Notes under the pieces: generated by a model
Told to the model about the DNA's origin: nothing
Database searches by the model: none
What the model saw: the letters and a program-made list of their open reading frames with translations, nothing else
Made by a program: the position numbers and the translations under genes
Source of the DNA: Squalus acanthias
Lineage: Eukaryota
Direction of reading: 5' to 3'
DNA length: 64,000 bases
Assembly (NCBI GenBank): GCA_030390025.1
Contig: JASTWF010000379.1
Coordinates: 372,001 to 436,000, forward strand
Shown: one piece after another, positions 36,901 to 49,753 of the stretch
How the letters are laid out: every line of letters starts with the position of its first letter
How positions within the stretch are numbered: the first letter of the stretch is position 1

Positions 36901-39900
36901 AATAATCGAACCTCATAAAATTAGATGAACACGTTCATTTGAGTCTTTCTAAAGCCTACATTTAGGTTTAAATTGTATCCACATTGGAAAACCTCGGTTA
37001 AAGTGTTTTACCTGACAAATGAGCAACCATCTCCCTGCCACAAGCCCATTTACCTATCCTTTGTCACTATTTTACACAAAGATGCACTGAGCAATTTATT
37101 ACTCAATATGCAGGTATTTTTCCCTTCTTCTAAAAGCTTTTGTTTCCTCCCTTCTCAATAATTTGATCCCCTCCACTCCTCTCCTAAGGGAGTTGATTCC
37201 TTGTTGGAGTACAGATCCATGGCTGTCATGCATTCTCCAGTACTTCGAAGTGGCCATTATTCACGTACGAGCCTTGATGGTGAGTTTTGGGAAACTATTG
37301 GAGGGAATATCACAGCCAAACCTGTTCCTGTCCTCACCCAATATCCACGTATTACTTTCAGCAGAGGTCACTGGTTTAGGAATCGGGTGCAGGAACCCTG
37401 ACCAATTTTTCTCTCCTTAACTAAGGGGCACTACAGCCAACTATAACACGCTACCATTGCCTTGACTGAGATCCGCTAATTCAGCACATACCAGGACCTA
37501 CAGTTGATTCCTTTTTGAATGAGAAATACATGACAATTTCCATATTTAGGCATAGTATTCTATTAATGCAAAATATTGTATTGAGAGTGATTGATCAAGT
37601 TTATTTTAGAAATATATTATTAAATAGTCCACAGTAACCAACAGCAACTATTAATTGTTGATATTTTTATTGCATGATAGGTAATAGAAGAGGAAACACT
37701 ATTTTTCTAACATTAAAGTTTTTATAGCAGATTATAAATCTTCAAGTACAATACACACGGTTTTCCCCAAAAGAAATTCAGAAGTGGGGAGTGCACATTG
37801 TACTCAGGTACCAAAATGTATCTAAAATACTAAAACCTTCCTAAATTTCATGACCCAAAATGCAGAATGCAGGTGCATATTACACTTGGAGATTTGTCGT
37901 AAATACTTGCAGATGATTTGTGCATTTTCTCAGAAAATCCAGGATGGTGTTCGACAGAAATTATTTTCATGTGTGTATGTTGGTGTGTGTGTGTTTCTGT
38001 GTGTGTGCTTTGTTGAAACAAAATTTGGAGGCATTACTGCCACTTCCTATTGCTATGTGTGATGTAGCTACTGGCCTGTCATTTATCAGATAATACAGGA
38101 ATACAGTTCACTTTGGTTCTTTTTCTTCTCTTGGCAACATGCTGTAAGTGGCACCCATGTGGTATTTGAGTCACCCACAGCATTCCAACGTATAGAAGAC
38201 ACTTCCAACATCACACAGCCTTTACAAGAGTCATGAGAGCTACCATTGAAGGTAGTGCAAAACATGAGGCTCCAATAGGCCTGCAACGCAACTGGCAACA
38301 AACCACAAGGAAAAGGAGAGTCATGGATCACAGATCTCAAAGATAGCTCAGTCAAAAATCCCATTTCAGAAAACTCTATGCGACCAATGTCACTTTACCT
38401 CCAGTCCCCTATTCTGATTCAGTGAATAATTTTCAGGGTGCAGTGCCTTAAACTAACTAGTATGTTTGCAGGTGCAGTAATATCAGTACAGCTGGATTTC
38501 TGACTGAGCAGCAAAATAGATCTGGTCAAAATTAAGGATGTTGAAATAAAATAAATGTTGTTTTGTAAGTGTTTCATTACAGATAAATTTCAGCTTGATG
38601 AGGTTCATTTATTTCCAGGTGCAGGCATTATTTTTGGGGGAGTGAAAGTCTTTCTATGCATTATACTATAGCATCTACTGATTTCAATAGGTTAACAAGC
38701 TATGTCTGTTTTCCTCAAAAAATAATCACTGTTTGTAATGATCTGACTGGGCAAAGGTAGAATTGTGATGTAATTTCCACACAGTTTTCTGTTAAGTGAT
38801 TATTCCTATTGTTAAAGTAGATTAGCAGTCACCAGATTATTATCATTTGATGGAAGACCACTGTATTGGATCCTTAACCATCAGTATGTATAAGATTAAT
38901 GTCAAGAATGGACACAATTTTCTTGGTCCGGCTTTATCACTGGATTTGGTTTTGTTGCTTGATGTTTCCCAGAGGGACAAGTAAAACATTTAACATTTAC
39001 AGGGCATAAAAATGAAGCTAAAAGGTAAATGGTTTTCAATTTTTGCTTTGCTTCAGTAAAATCATATTCTGTTACTATGCTACACACTTACTAATTTCTT
39101 GTTTTCTGAATATGTTCGATAAGTGAATGACAATGTGTGGCCAGATTTTCCTCTGAATATATTTTTTAATTACTAAGTTCAGTAAAAAAACAGTTAAGGG
39201 TTTTTCATTCATTGTTACTGTTTTTTTCTGAGTCCTGCTCCCATCCTAAAATGAGTGAAAGGAAATCAGTAATTTAAAAAGCTCCTTCCTAAACACTGTT
39301 AAGAGCTTGTTAAAGGTCTCACCTGAGCAACATGCGAGAGAGGGGATGTAAATGAGAAGTGAATCCTGAACTCACATTAAGGATTGATGTTAGTTAAATG
39401 AAACAATTGCAAGATTTCAAATACTTATTGTTAAATCATAATCTAAATGACATGGTGCTTCCCAATAATACAAAATGATACAGCAAATTCAGATGTGTTT
39501 TATGAAAATGCTATTATATGATCAATGCAATTTAATGACAATATTTTATCAAACATGCAATACCATTTTATGTGTTTGATGCATTGTAAAACTTCAATTA
39601 CAGTTTGTTTGAATGAAATGTATAATTGAATCTATTGCAACACTGTATCGCCCAATGATATATAAATGATAAAATGATTTAACAATTGATTGGGTGCACC
39701 AAATGTGCTAGAATTCCTAAACATTTCAAAGCCATTATTTCTCACACAATCTCTGAAAAGCAGCTATATTAATTTGAAGAAATCTGAAGTGGTTGTCTAA
39801 CATAGATTTTAAAGTCTTGAGAGGAAAATATGAATTCAAAATAATAACTTAACAATTAGCACTAAAAATACATGTTTGGCCTTCTTGTGGGGTTGACAAT

Positions 39901-42900
39901 ATTTTAAATAGTCAATTTTATAGATTGTTTATACCTAAGAAATAAAAGGGAGACTGGAATCTTCTTACTAAATGAACCTAGTCCTGACTGCCACTATAAA
40001 TTGAATAATCCCTTCCATTGATATCAGTATTCATGCTTCTCCATATTCTTGTTTCAGATTACTAGTTATAAAGTCTACTCCAATATTTGAATTGCATTGG
40101 ATAAATGTATGAATTATGTTGTATGTGTGTGTATATGTTTTGTAAATATTACTGTAACGAGTGCCATAAAATCAACTTACTAAAAATTATTGAATAACTA
40201 TTTTTCAATTTCACACCTCATAAATTTATACAAATGTACAACAGGTCCTAATTATAAATTCATATTATTAGCTTGAAGATAACTGCCTACAGAAGTCTCC
40301 ATACAAAAGCTACCTGAGACTGTTCACATAAAAACTGCTACATGTCTACAACTATCTTTTTTTAGACAAAGAACTGTGCATTTCAGTTCATCTATTAGTT
40401 CAATAAGGAAAGCGAACAATAGTAACAACTGATGGAAGATAGTATTTGTCTAGTACTGTGGATGTGGCACAGTGCTGCCGGACTTCTATATGACTTGTTA
40501 TACTTCTTTGCTTATCGTTTTCTTCTTGCTATTTTCTAGTATCTTTTCTTGGTGTATCTTTATAACCCATTCAGACCGTACAGATTTGCCTTTTCATTTA
40601 AAAATCGCTGTTCTTTGATTTTATTTTTGCAATGTATAACATACATACTGCGGCCAACCATTTCGTATCTCCCTCGTTATGCAACAAGTGACTTGAAGGG
40701 TCTGGGCATTACTCATTCTGACACAACCAGATGTCTGCTCCCATTTGCTAAATAATGTGTTGGTACTGTAGAGAAGTGGCAGCAATGGTCATAAGGACAA
40801 TAATTTGATGCCCTCTATCCTCTCTTGTGTGTCACATCCTTTCCTATTCTGGTGCAAATGAACACAAGTGCCTGGTCTGCTTGTGTGAGATCTATAGCAT
40901 CTAAGTGTAAGAGCTGTACAGAATTTGTTAAATCCGATGTGTAATTGTTCATTTCTAGTAGGAATTCACGCTAAATTTCACTCAGCCACCAATCATGTTT
41001 AGCACCTTTAAATTGTAGCGATATAAAAGCAAGTTTTTTTTTCTAGGAGGACCGGTTATTTGTGATCAAGATGGACACGTCGAGGGGGGAAAAAATCTCC
41101 ATTTGTGCGGGACGATTATGTAAAAATATTGTGCACTGCACGGTTGGACTACTGGACTTATCATCGTTTCTATCCCAAGTGGCAATCTACTTGCTTGAGA
41201 AGTGTAAAATGAGCATGGTTTTAGCTGCTTTACAATCGGGCCTTCCTAATATTCACAAGAACAAATTTAGGGTTTCACTAAATCGCACTCAGCCACCATT
41301 CATTTTCGGCACCACTGGAGTCTGAGCTTATCTGTGAGATACTATAACGAGAACCCCTTCTTTTCCCTGTTTTGGTGCAGGGGGCATCGCCCTCGCTAAT
41401 ACAGCAGAGAAAGATCTCCGAATAACGAACGCACTAAGCATTGGGACCTCCGTGTCTCACAGAGGAACTTCAGGCCAGAGTTACGAACGCTTTCTCCGAA
41501 AAGGCTGGGAATTTTGGCCCTTTGTGACTGATAGAAACTCGCTCGATTCTATCTCAGGAGCACCTCAAACTGCAAACACGCTCTGAAGTTGACCATTCGT
41601 TAAGAATCTTCACTCCCCATGCAACTATTTAAAACATTTCGTAAAGTGGGACATAAGGCTTTGATTTGTATTTTTTAAACAAAAAATGAACGATAATTGA
41701 ATTATTATGTCGAAGTATATTAAATGCACGGAACTTTTATTTTCTAAGCCGCGCGCGTTGAAATATTCCGCCGGTTATTGTTTAAGTAAATGGTTCAAAT
41801 CATAAGCAAAGATGTAGGTTCCCCGGTGACTTCCCAACTGTTTGGCATTAACAAGAGGAACTGCAAAAAATAACTCCTGCTCGTGACAGTTTATCAGTGC
41901 TATAGAACACTGGCCAAAACTTAAAAGGGCACAATGAGTGTTTACTCGAGATTCACTTTGATCAGAATCATTTTCAAATCAGCAAACCTTGTAAAAGAAT
42001 ACTGCCACAGCCAAGAATGGCCCTTGCAGTTAGAACTGTCCTTACAATGGTCGTACTTGCAGAGCCTCCCTCCTATATCGTTACAGTGTATACAGTAGCT
42101 TTAATCCCTCCTTCTCAACTGAAAATATTGTTATAAAATGTTTAACATTTTGGCGAGAAACTGTCAAGAGAAAAGAAGCATAAAATGTCACTCAGACAAT
42201 AGTGTAACTCCTAAGGGGGTAAAACGAGCTCTTCTATTATATATATTTAAAGAGTGAATCTGTCCACCGAGGAACAAGTATTCTCTAAAGTACAAAGGTA
42301 AAGGAAGTCAACCCTTCGGCCAGTCCTACTGGGAAGGCTCCTTTCCCGCGGGGCGATGTGTGAGCGATCGAAGCAGACAGCCAGGGAGGAAGGATCAGAG
42401 AGAGACTCGGAGAGCGAGCACAGCACAGTCTCTCAATGGTTGCCATGTCCCAGGCTGCTCCCTGAGCTCAGATTCCACAGCCCGGTGTGCGGCTGACGGC
42501 TGTCGAACGCTGTAATAGCTCAACAGGGGCTAATAGTGAAAATGAGAGCTAAACGAGCCCGGGAGAGGGTTAATGAACGCCCATCTATCACACCGTCACC
42601 CTCCCCCATCCATCGCCGGCTTTTCACTCTTACATTTCTATTCGCTAATCTTTTCGTTTTGTTTTATTTGGATGGGACTTACTGCCTCTTTCCACCTATT
42701 TCTGTGGCCGCTTCTCCTATGGTTGACTCTTAAAATGGCTTTGGTTTGATTCACTTTAGACTTCATTTTCATGCCTCACTCACTCGTTTCCCCTCTAAAT
42801 CCCTCCCTCTCTCTCGATGTATTTTTACTTGTTGGGGCGCGTTGTTTCCCAGTTGCCTGTCCGAACCCAGCGCGATCCAAACCCTAGGGGGAACTTAACA

Positions 42901-44213
42901 CGAGCATGGCACATGAGCGGGGATGAGCCAACTAGTTTGCGAAGCTGTCTTTCAAAACTTCAAGCGGAAGATAAGAGCCCCCGCCCCCGCGACATTTGGT
43001 CTAAACTTAAATAGTTCAGATTGGGAGTTTAGTAATATTCGTTTAATATTTATTCACATGGTTTTGTTTAATGTGTATAAACACTCCACCGATATTTCAG
43101 AAACTTTCTCAATTTATTTTGAAAATGTATATTAAAAAAATAGAACCAAAACTAAAGGCGAGGTCAGACGGGCGCTGTTACCACAAGCACCAACAGTGCG
43201 GAAAGCATACACCCAACCCAACACTGTCGAGATTTTATTCTGCAGTTAAGTAGATATAACAAGAAAAAAATGGAGATGATTTGAGCTTGGCTTCTAAGCA
43301 AATATTGTTATACAGAGATATGAAATCGATGTTATTTTATTGCTTTTGAAAGTCGGTCAGAACTTTAGCTGCCCAAACAGTGTTAGGTCCCGCTGAAGTG
43401 ACGGGCTATCTGTCTGACTGCAGTTTAGACTAGTGCACTGAATATTTGTCTTACTGGCTGTTGTTTATTTTTACTTCAATTGTGTTGTGGGACACTTAAA
43501 ACAAACGGGGGAAAAAAGAAACCGGCAGACACCCACGCCACTCTTTCTCCCAGTTCAATTCAGCTATTGATCTGGTTACGTCCGGTACTGAAGGGGTTAA
43601 ATTGGCAGTTCGGTGCCTGGGATTCGCACGGAATCACGAACACTCCTTGTAGTCCCGGCACATACTGCGCCCTGAATCGCAATATGGTCGGCACTGGACG
43701 TCTTTTCTTTTATTACAGGCTCAATCCTTTTAATACGGGACCGCAATAAACCCTGCTTGATTTTAAACACAGTCCTCATTTAATCATGCACATTGCAAAC
43801 CCTGCTCAGTTAACAACAGGCGAATTCGATCAACTCGTCCCCTTCACTGTCCGGCGCGTTAAGAAACTTACTGAGTATTGGGATATCCTTGCAAACAACA
43901 TTTATTGGTTTGACTGCTTTTCAGCAAAACTGAAGACATAAATTGATTATATTGAAGTTACCAAATTTATCGAGTTTATCTCCTTTTAAAATGAACCTTT
44001 TTAGCTCAACGAAGAAAAGATTTGCATTTTGCTAGCGCCTTTATCACCTCTCTCAGGAACGTCTTGTAGTGCTTCACCCAGGAAGTATTAGTGTTGAAGT
44101 CAAGTGCCTGTTATATAGGCAACTACCCCATTACACTCATAATAAGATCACTCATCAGATCACTCTCTTTCTCGCTCCCCTCATTTCTCGAAAAAAAGTC
44201 GGTTGTATCGAGG

Positions 44214-44470
44214 TTTTTTTTTAATTCGTTTTATGGGGTCAGGACGTCGCTGGCAAGGCCAGCATTTATTGCCCATCCCTAGTTGCCCTTGAGAAGGTGG
44301 CGGTGAGCCGCCTTCTTGAACCACTACAGTCCGTGTGGTGAAGGTGCTCCCACAATGCTGTTAGGGAGGGAGTTCCAGGATTTTGACCCAGCGACAGCGA
44401 TATATTTCCAAGTCAGGATGGTGTGTGGCTTCTAGGGGAACTTGGAGCTGGTGGTGTTCCCATGCGCCTG
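44214..44470 (-). mobile_element. Shark LINE (CR1/L2 group) 3' end
   Basis: poly-T then cgtcgctggcaaggccagcatttattgcccatccct...gagaaggtggcggtgagccgccttcttgaacc, a common chondrichthyan LINE tail as I recall it. Confidence 0.6.
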
Positions 44471-45428
44471 TCTGTATTAGCACTTCTCACTCTTACTCAG
44501 AACGGCCTATCCTCTTACACCTGCCCCAACTTTCTCATAAATTTCCAGTTGTTTGAAATAAATGTAATCAAATTCTAGTGTTGATATTTATTTTTCAACT
44601 GTGCGGACGAGTTGCTGTGTTCGCCAGACTGTCCAATGTGCCAAAAAGCCTTGGATGATTATTATAATAAGTACAGGCATAGTCCCAGTCTCACTCGCGA
44701 ACCACAGAAGTTACTTTTTAAACGGTACTTAGTTCTTTACTGTGTATTTTTGTGACCATTTTAGTTAGGATTCAAGAAATCTAGGTTTGCAGAAATAACA
44801 GGAAAGCAAGCAGCCCAAGTTATTGACAAGTAACTGCCAGTGTAGCAAATAACTTCTGGTCAGTTTGTACAAAAAATAAAAACTAACTGGAGTTCGTGGA
44901 ATGTAATTTATTGCGTGTGAAAAGCAAGGCTTTAACTATAGCCTGCGTATGTATGTGCCTCTCCATTTCCAAAAACATTTAAAAAAATCAACATGCTCAT
45001 CCTTCACCTTTAACTAACTTCTGGCAGGGAATATAGAAACTATTCACTGCTTCCTGTTTACTGGCTATGTTTAGATGCAAATCTCTGCCAAATATATTTT
45101 AACCAGGTCCAGCTTAGAGCCTCACACTCTGTCATATCCCTAATGTCGAGTTACCATGAAATAACCAGTACAGATAACAGTGAGATAGCAAACAGTTAAC
45201 TAGTTGTAGATATTTAAGTGATCGTAAATCGACTTCTGGTAATGCATATTTTCGGTAGACGATGAGTCTAAGAATGTGAATTCCTAGCCAGTGATGCTGT
45301 GGGTAGGTGCGGAACAAAATTCCCTTTATAAGAATATATTTATAATATCTCATTAAAAAAAATGTCAGATACGCGCGCAAACAGTTCCAGTTTATTACAG
45401 TTTGAACAGAGCAGGAGGGGTCGTTTAC

Positions 45429-45489
45429 CTTTTTTAATTACAGACTGGTCCAATATATTCATCCCAGGGCTGCCGTTATCATCCACGGC
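45429..45489 (-). CDS. TFAP2E: AP-2 coding exon 3 (AVDDNGSPGMNILDQSVIKK)
   Basis: Polypyrimidine tract plus cag|GCC GTG GAT...GAC CAG TCT GTA ATT AAA AAA G|gtaaac. 61 nt, phase 0 to 1. Carries the conserved LDQSVIKK. Not in the ORF track. Confidence 0.93.
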
Positions 45490-48434
45490 CTGAAGGGGAA
45501 AAAAGAAAAAAGGAAAAGAGCAGATCGTTTATTTAACAGCCTTAATACAGTAACAACAGTCTCTCTCTCTACAGCCCATACTGCAGCCCACTGTGGAATT
45601 CACTTGGTTCCTCTGCCGAAAACTTGATGAGAAACTAACCCGGTTTTCAATACATTTTAAATTCGGGAGAAGGCTAGCACCGAAAGCAGTTCCCCCTGGA
45701 GATTATCCACTTACATCTAGCCGTGTCAATTTCTCTCTATATCGTCAACTTTTCTTCCAAGTCCCCAAATATTTCCAATACATACACGCCTTGTAACTTT
45801 TTGTGTGCCAGGAACCGTCTATTGTCACTGACACAAACCCCCCCCCAGAACCGAACAAAGTTCATGCGTGCATTTTTGTCTCAGGGTTGTCAATGGCAGC
45901 CCCTTCCAAATAAATCATAGTCAAACCAAATCTCCACAAAACTGTAATTATGTTCAGTGCAGAGATAAAAAGTCTATTCTACAATTGTTCAACACACATC
46001 GAAGGGCAATATGGGACACATTCTGGGGGGAAAGTTTCAACAAGTCTTATAGAAATGACCCCGATATCTCTCTCTCCTCGTTATTGTTCTTGCCGTTTAC
46101 TGTTTCAACTGTCCAATTCTCATTTTGTTGTTTTCTTTCTGTACTTTTGTTGTGGGGTTAGGGAAACTAATTGAAGTATTTTGACAGTCACATTCTTTTC
46201 AATAACACTAGTCAAACGATCAGCTTGCAAAGAAACATTGTTTCTTTATTTTTCCCAAAAATAAGAGCACGGCAAAAAGTGATAATTGTTAAGGACTGGA
46301 ATTTATAATGATCGGGAAAAGGTAAGTTTTTGCTGCAGTCAGTAGTGGCGTTATTTCTAAAGAAAACCAGCAATGCCGATGTAGCACTAATGGAGGTGTC
46401 ATAATTTCATTGTTATGTTAATGTGATTGTTTAAAAGTAGAGGTGCGCATATTTTATATACATATGTATATTATCAAAATATTGAAAAGACACGATACTC
46501 CGGATAGTCAACGTTAAGCCAATGTAAACTGGTGTTATTGGGAAGAGCTCCTGACTAATTTCCGTGTGTCCTGTTACAGATGTTTTCATGGCTCACATCG
46601 ATGGATACCATGGTCTGAAACCTCACGATTTATTGATGTGTCCGAATCCCTAATCCGCGTGGAGTTTGCTTGTAGGTTTATTCTATTGATTTACTTCCCA
46701 GCTTCTTAAATTCAGCAAAGTTTATAAATGTTTGTAAATGGGTTTCTGGGGCAGGATCAGATTCAAATGCATTACTACAGACATGATTTCAAGAAAATTT
46801 AATAGAGTGTAATTGGAACGATATGAAACCCATGAATTTAAAAAAGGAGAATGTGCAGTTTTAAGTTATACCCAACAATAGCCTGAAAAGTGAACCGCAA
46901 CTGAAGTCTGATTGCTGCGGCCGGACAGCGCATTCTTTGCATTTAAGGACATGGATTTGAGATTTGCACTTAAAGCGGAGTTTGGTTTAAACTCATGCCT
47001 GATCGAACCCTTAATCCTAACAAGTGATTAATTAGAAAATACATTGTTGGATCAAAGTTTTATATAGTGGGATCCAAACCCTGAATCTGAACAAGTATAA
47101 CATTCCCATGTGTCAATCTATTTGCTCTAAATACGTAGTAGACTGATCCAAGAGTCAAATGTACTTTAGTTTACCTGTACATGCCCATAAACAACGTTTT
47201 TACTATGGTTTTTTTTCTCAGATCCCAATATGGAAATTCTTGACCGACAATATTGCTCGTTGCAGTATCAGAAAAAGGCGAGCGACAAAACTTTTAACGC
47301 GTAGCATTAAGCAGGAAAAGGGACGCTGCACGGGATTAAAATCTCGCTGTTTGTTGCAACGCTCGAGATTTCAATCTGGTACGGCTGCATCGACATAAAA
47401 AAAAGAATCAGACAGGGCTATCTTATTTGCTATATCAGTGAATATAATGTTCTGCCCATTGTACTTTAGAACACTGTACTGAACAAAACATATGTAACAT
47501 TTTCCTTCCCCCCACTCCCCCAGTTGATGAACATCCGTCGATATTTTAAAAGCTGCAAAGACCAGTGGGTATCTTGGAGGGTTAAAGCAGCTGTTCCACA
47601 CAGTGCCCACATTAAAGACATGCAAACAGATTTGGGTTATAAAGCAGCAGAATCAGCTCCATATGTCCTGGTTGTTTATGGTCACTTTGGGATTTAAGCT
47701 ATAGCATCTGTGATACGACATAATCATCATCAACAGGAAATCTTATTTACATCCAAACACGTTGACAGAAGAGGTCTGACTGCAGTTTGCTGAGCTGGCC
47801 TGTGGTGAAATAACTAGACAGACACTGTTTGGGGCTATTAACCGCTCTTTTACAAGAGTAGGAGTGAGCCTGTATACGCGAACACACCACTTTACTACTT
47901 ATCGTGTAAAATGATCGCCATTGCGATTGCCTTGCATGTATTCGAGCCATTCTTTAGTAACTAATTTGAATTATTTTGTTTGGGAGCGGTTATTTTCCGC
48001 CACGCCGCACAGGAGAGTATACTGTACACGAATTGCAAAACTCGTGAATATTCATAGCTATAGGCGTGAACATAAAGTTGGAATGAAAGTTGGCGTTTCG
48101 TGTTAGGTGGGTACTGATCTGCACTAGAAATACGAGAGATCCCAGCTACTCTTTCAATGTAAGCCCACTGCCGCAGTCATCTGCTCCAGAGGCTCCAGGT
48201 GCCACATGGGAAGCTCCCAGGTAATTTTACTGGTGCAGTTTATATAATGCACAAAAATACGCTGGATGGAACTGGGCCCTGAATGTTTCGACCAATCTTC
48301 CTTTGCTATTTACACTGCAGTATAAAAAAGACATTTCATACATGGGTCTCATGATACAAGACAAAATGGGGCATGGGACCAGGTTAACAGACAGCCCATT
48401 ATTAGAGGGAGCCCTTCAAAATGATATCTGTATC

Positions 48435-48850
48435 CTGCAAGATCAAATATATTTCCTTCTTTGCAATACTTTATTATATGCAGAGTAGATGACTCAGGAC
48501 TAATTCAAATGGACTCAATAGACAGGAGACAAAATATAATGTAGTTTACATTTCTGAGATAAAAGTTAATCTGACAAATTGTATCAATATTTTCGAAGAA
48601 ATAGAATTTTGATTTATTATACACGGACCCATATTTGCTACATGCAAATCTAACAAGATAATTAAAAATCAAACTAAAGTCTAACTTTACGGGGGGAAAT
48701 TAATACAAATTGTTAGATTAACTTTTATCCCGGAGGTGTAAAATAAATTATATTGCCTCGTGTCTTTTGAGAACTTAACGTATTTGAATTAGTCCTCAAT
48801 CTGTATTTAAAAAAAACTGCAAAGAGGGAAATATATCTGTTCCAAGCAGC
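48435..48850. repeat. Degenerate long inverted repeat (palindrome)
   Basis: 48496-48510 is the exact reverse complement of 48782-48796; 48558-48572 is the exact reverse complement of 48715-48729. Centre is ATTTGC tacat GCAAAT at 48633-48649. Confidence 0.85.
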
Positions 48851-49576
48851 GTTCAAGTCTAATTACAGAAGCCAACAAGAATAAATTATACTGCGTGGAT
48901 CAAGTCCTTTATTACAGTATAGCTCTAAATTAGGGAGATTTGCGATTTTATACTAAGTTAGAAGTTACTGAGGTCCTCAATTAATTGTGTCCCTTTTCTA
49001 GTAATAAGAGCTCCTCTGTGATTACTTTATTGTTTCATATCAAAATAATTCTCATTAGGTAAGAATAAGAGTGGTTACTTTCGCACCCAGACGGAACTTT
49101 TACTCAGAATGAGTTTGCTGTCCCAAACCCAACAGTGACCAAAGACTCCGATTGTGTCAGCCTCGCACATGCAATTTGCTCTCTTGATTTTGTATATTAT
49201 ATTCATAATTTTAAAACAAACAAGAACACACTGCACTGGGACAGGTCAGGTTAGTTTGGTCAATATTCCCGTTAAGCAAACTGCTACCTTAATTCATCCA
49301 TTGGGCTGGACTTTCCTCCTGCTGTTCCCTCGGTCTCTATCTGATTTAAATGTCAGGATTTTGTACCTCTTTTTTTTTTGCACTCTCTTTAACACACACG
49401 AGCAATGTCTCAGTCATTTCTATGTTTGAAAACGGTGTAGAAAGAAGCAAACTTCAAATAGCAATTTCCAACCATCATCTTTAGAGGATAAAATCACAGC
49501 TCTTTCCTGTCCGGATTTCCAAAGGAAGTCCCCCAGTTGTTTTTTTTTGCCTGTGCACATTAGATATTGCCTGTGC

Positions 49577-49753
49577 AATGTGATATTAGGGGGAATGTGA
49601 CATTACGGGAAATGTGATGTTAGGGCGAATGTTAGGGGGGATGCGATATTAGGGAGAATGTGATATTAGGGGATATATGAGATGAGGGGGAATGTGACAA
49701 TAAGGAAAATGTGATATTAGGAGGAATGTGACATTAAGGGGGAAGATGACATT
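49577..49753. repeat. Degenerate minisatellite, about 17-bp unit AATGTGA(t/c)ATTAGGGG
   Basis: About ten variant units read directly. Confidence 0.85.
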
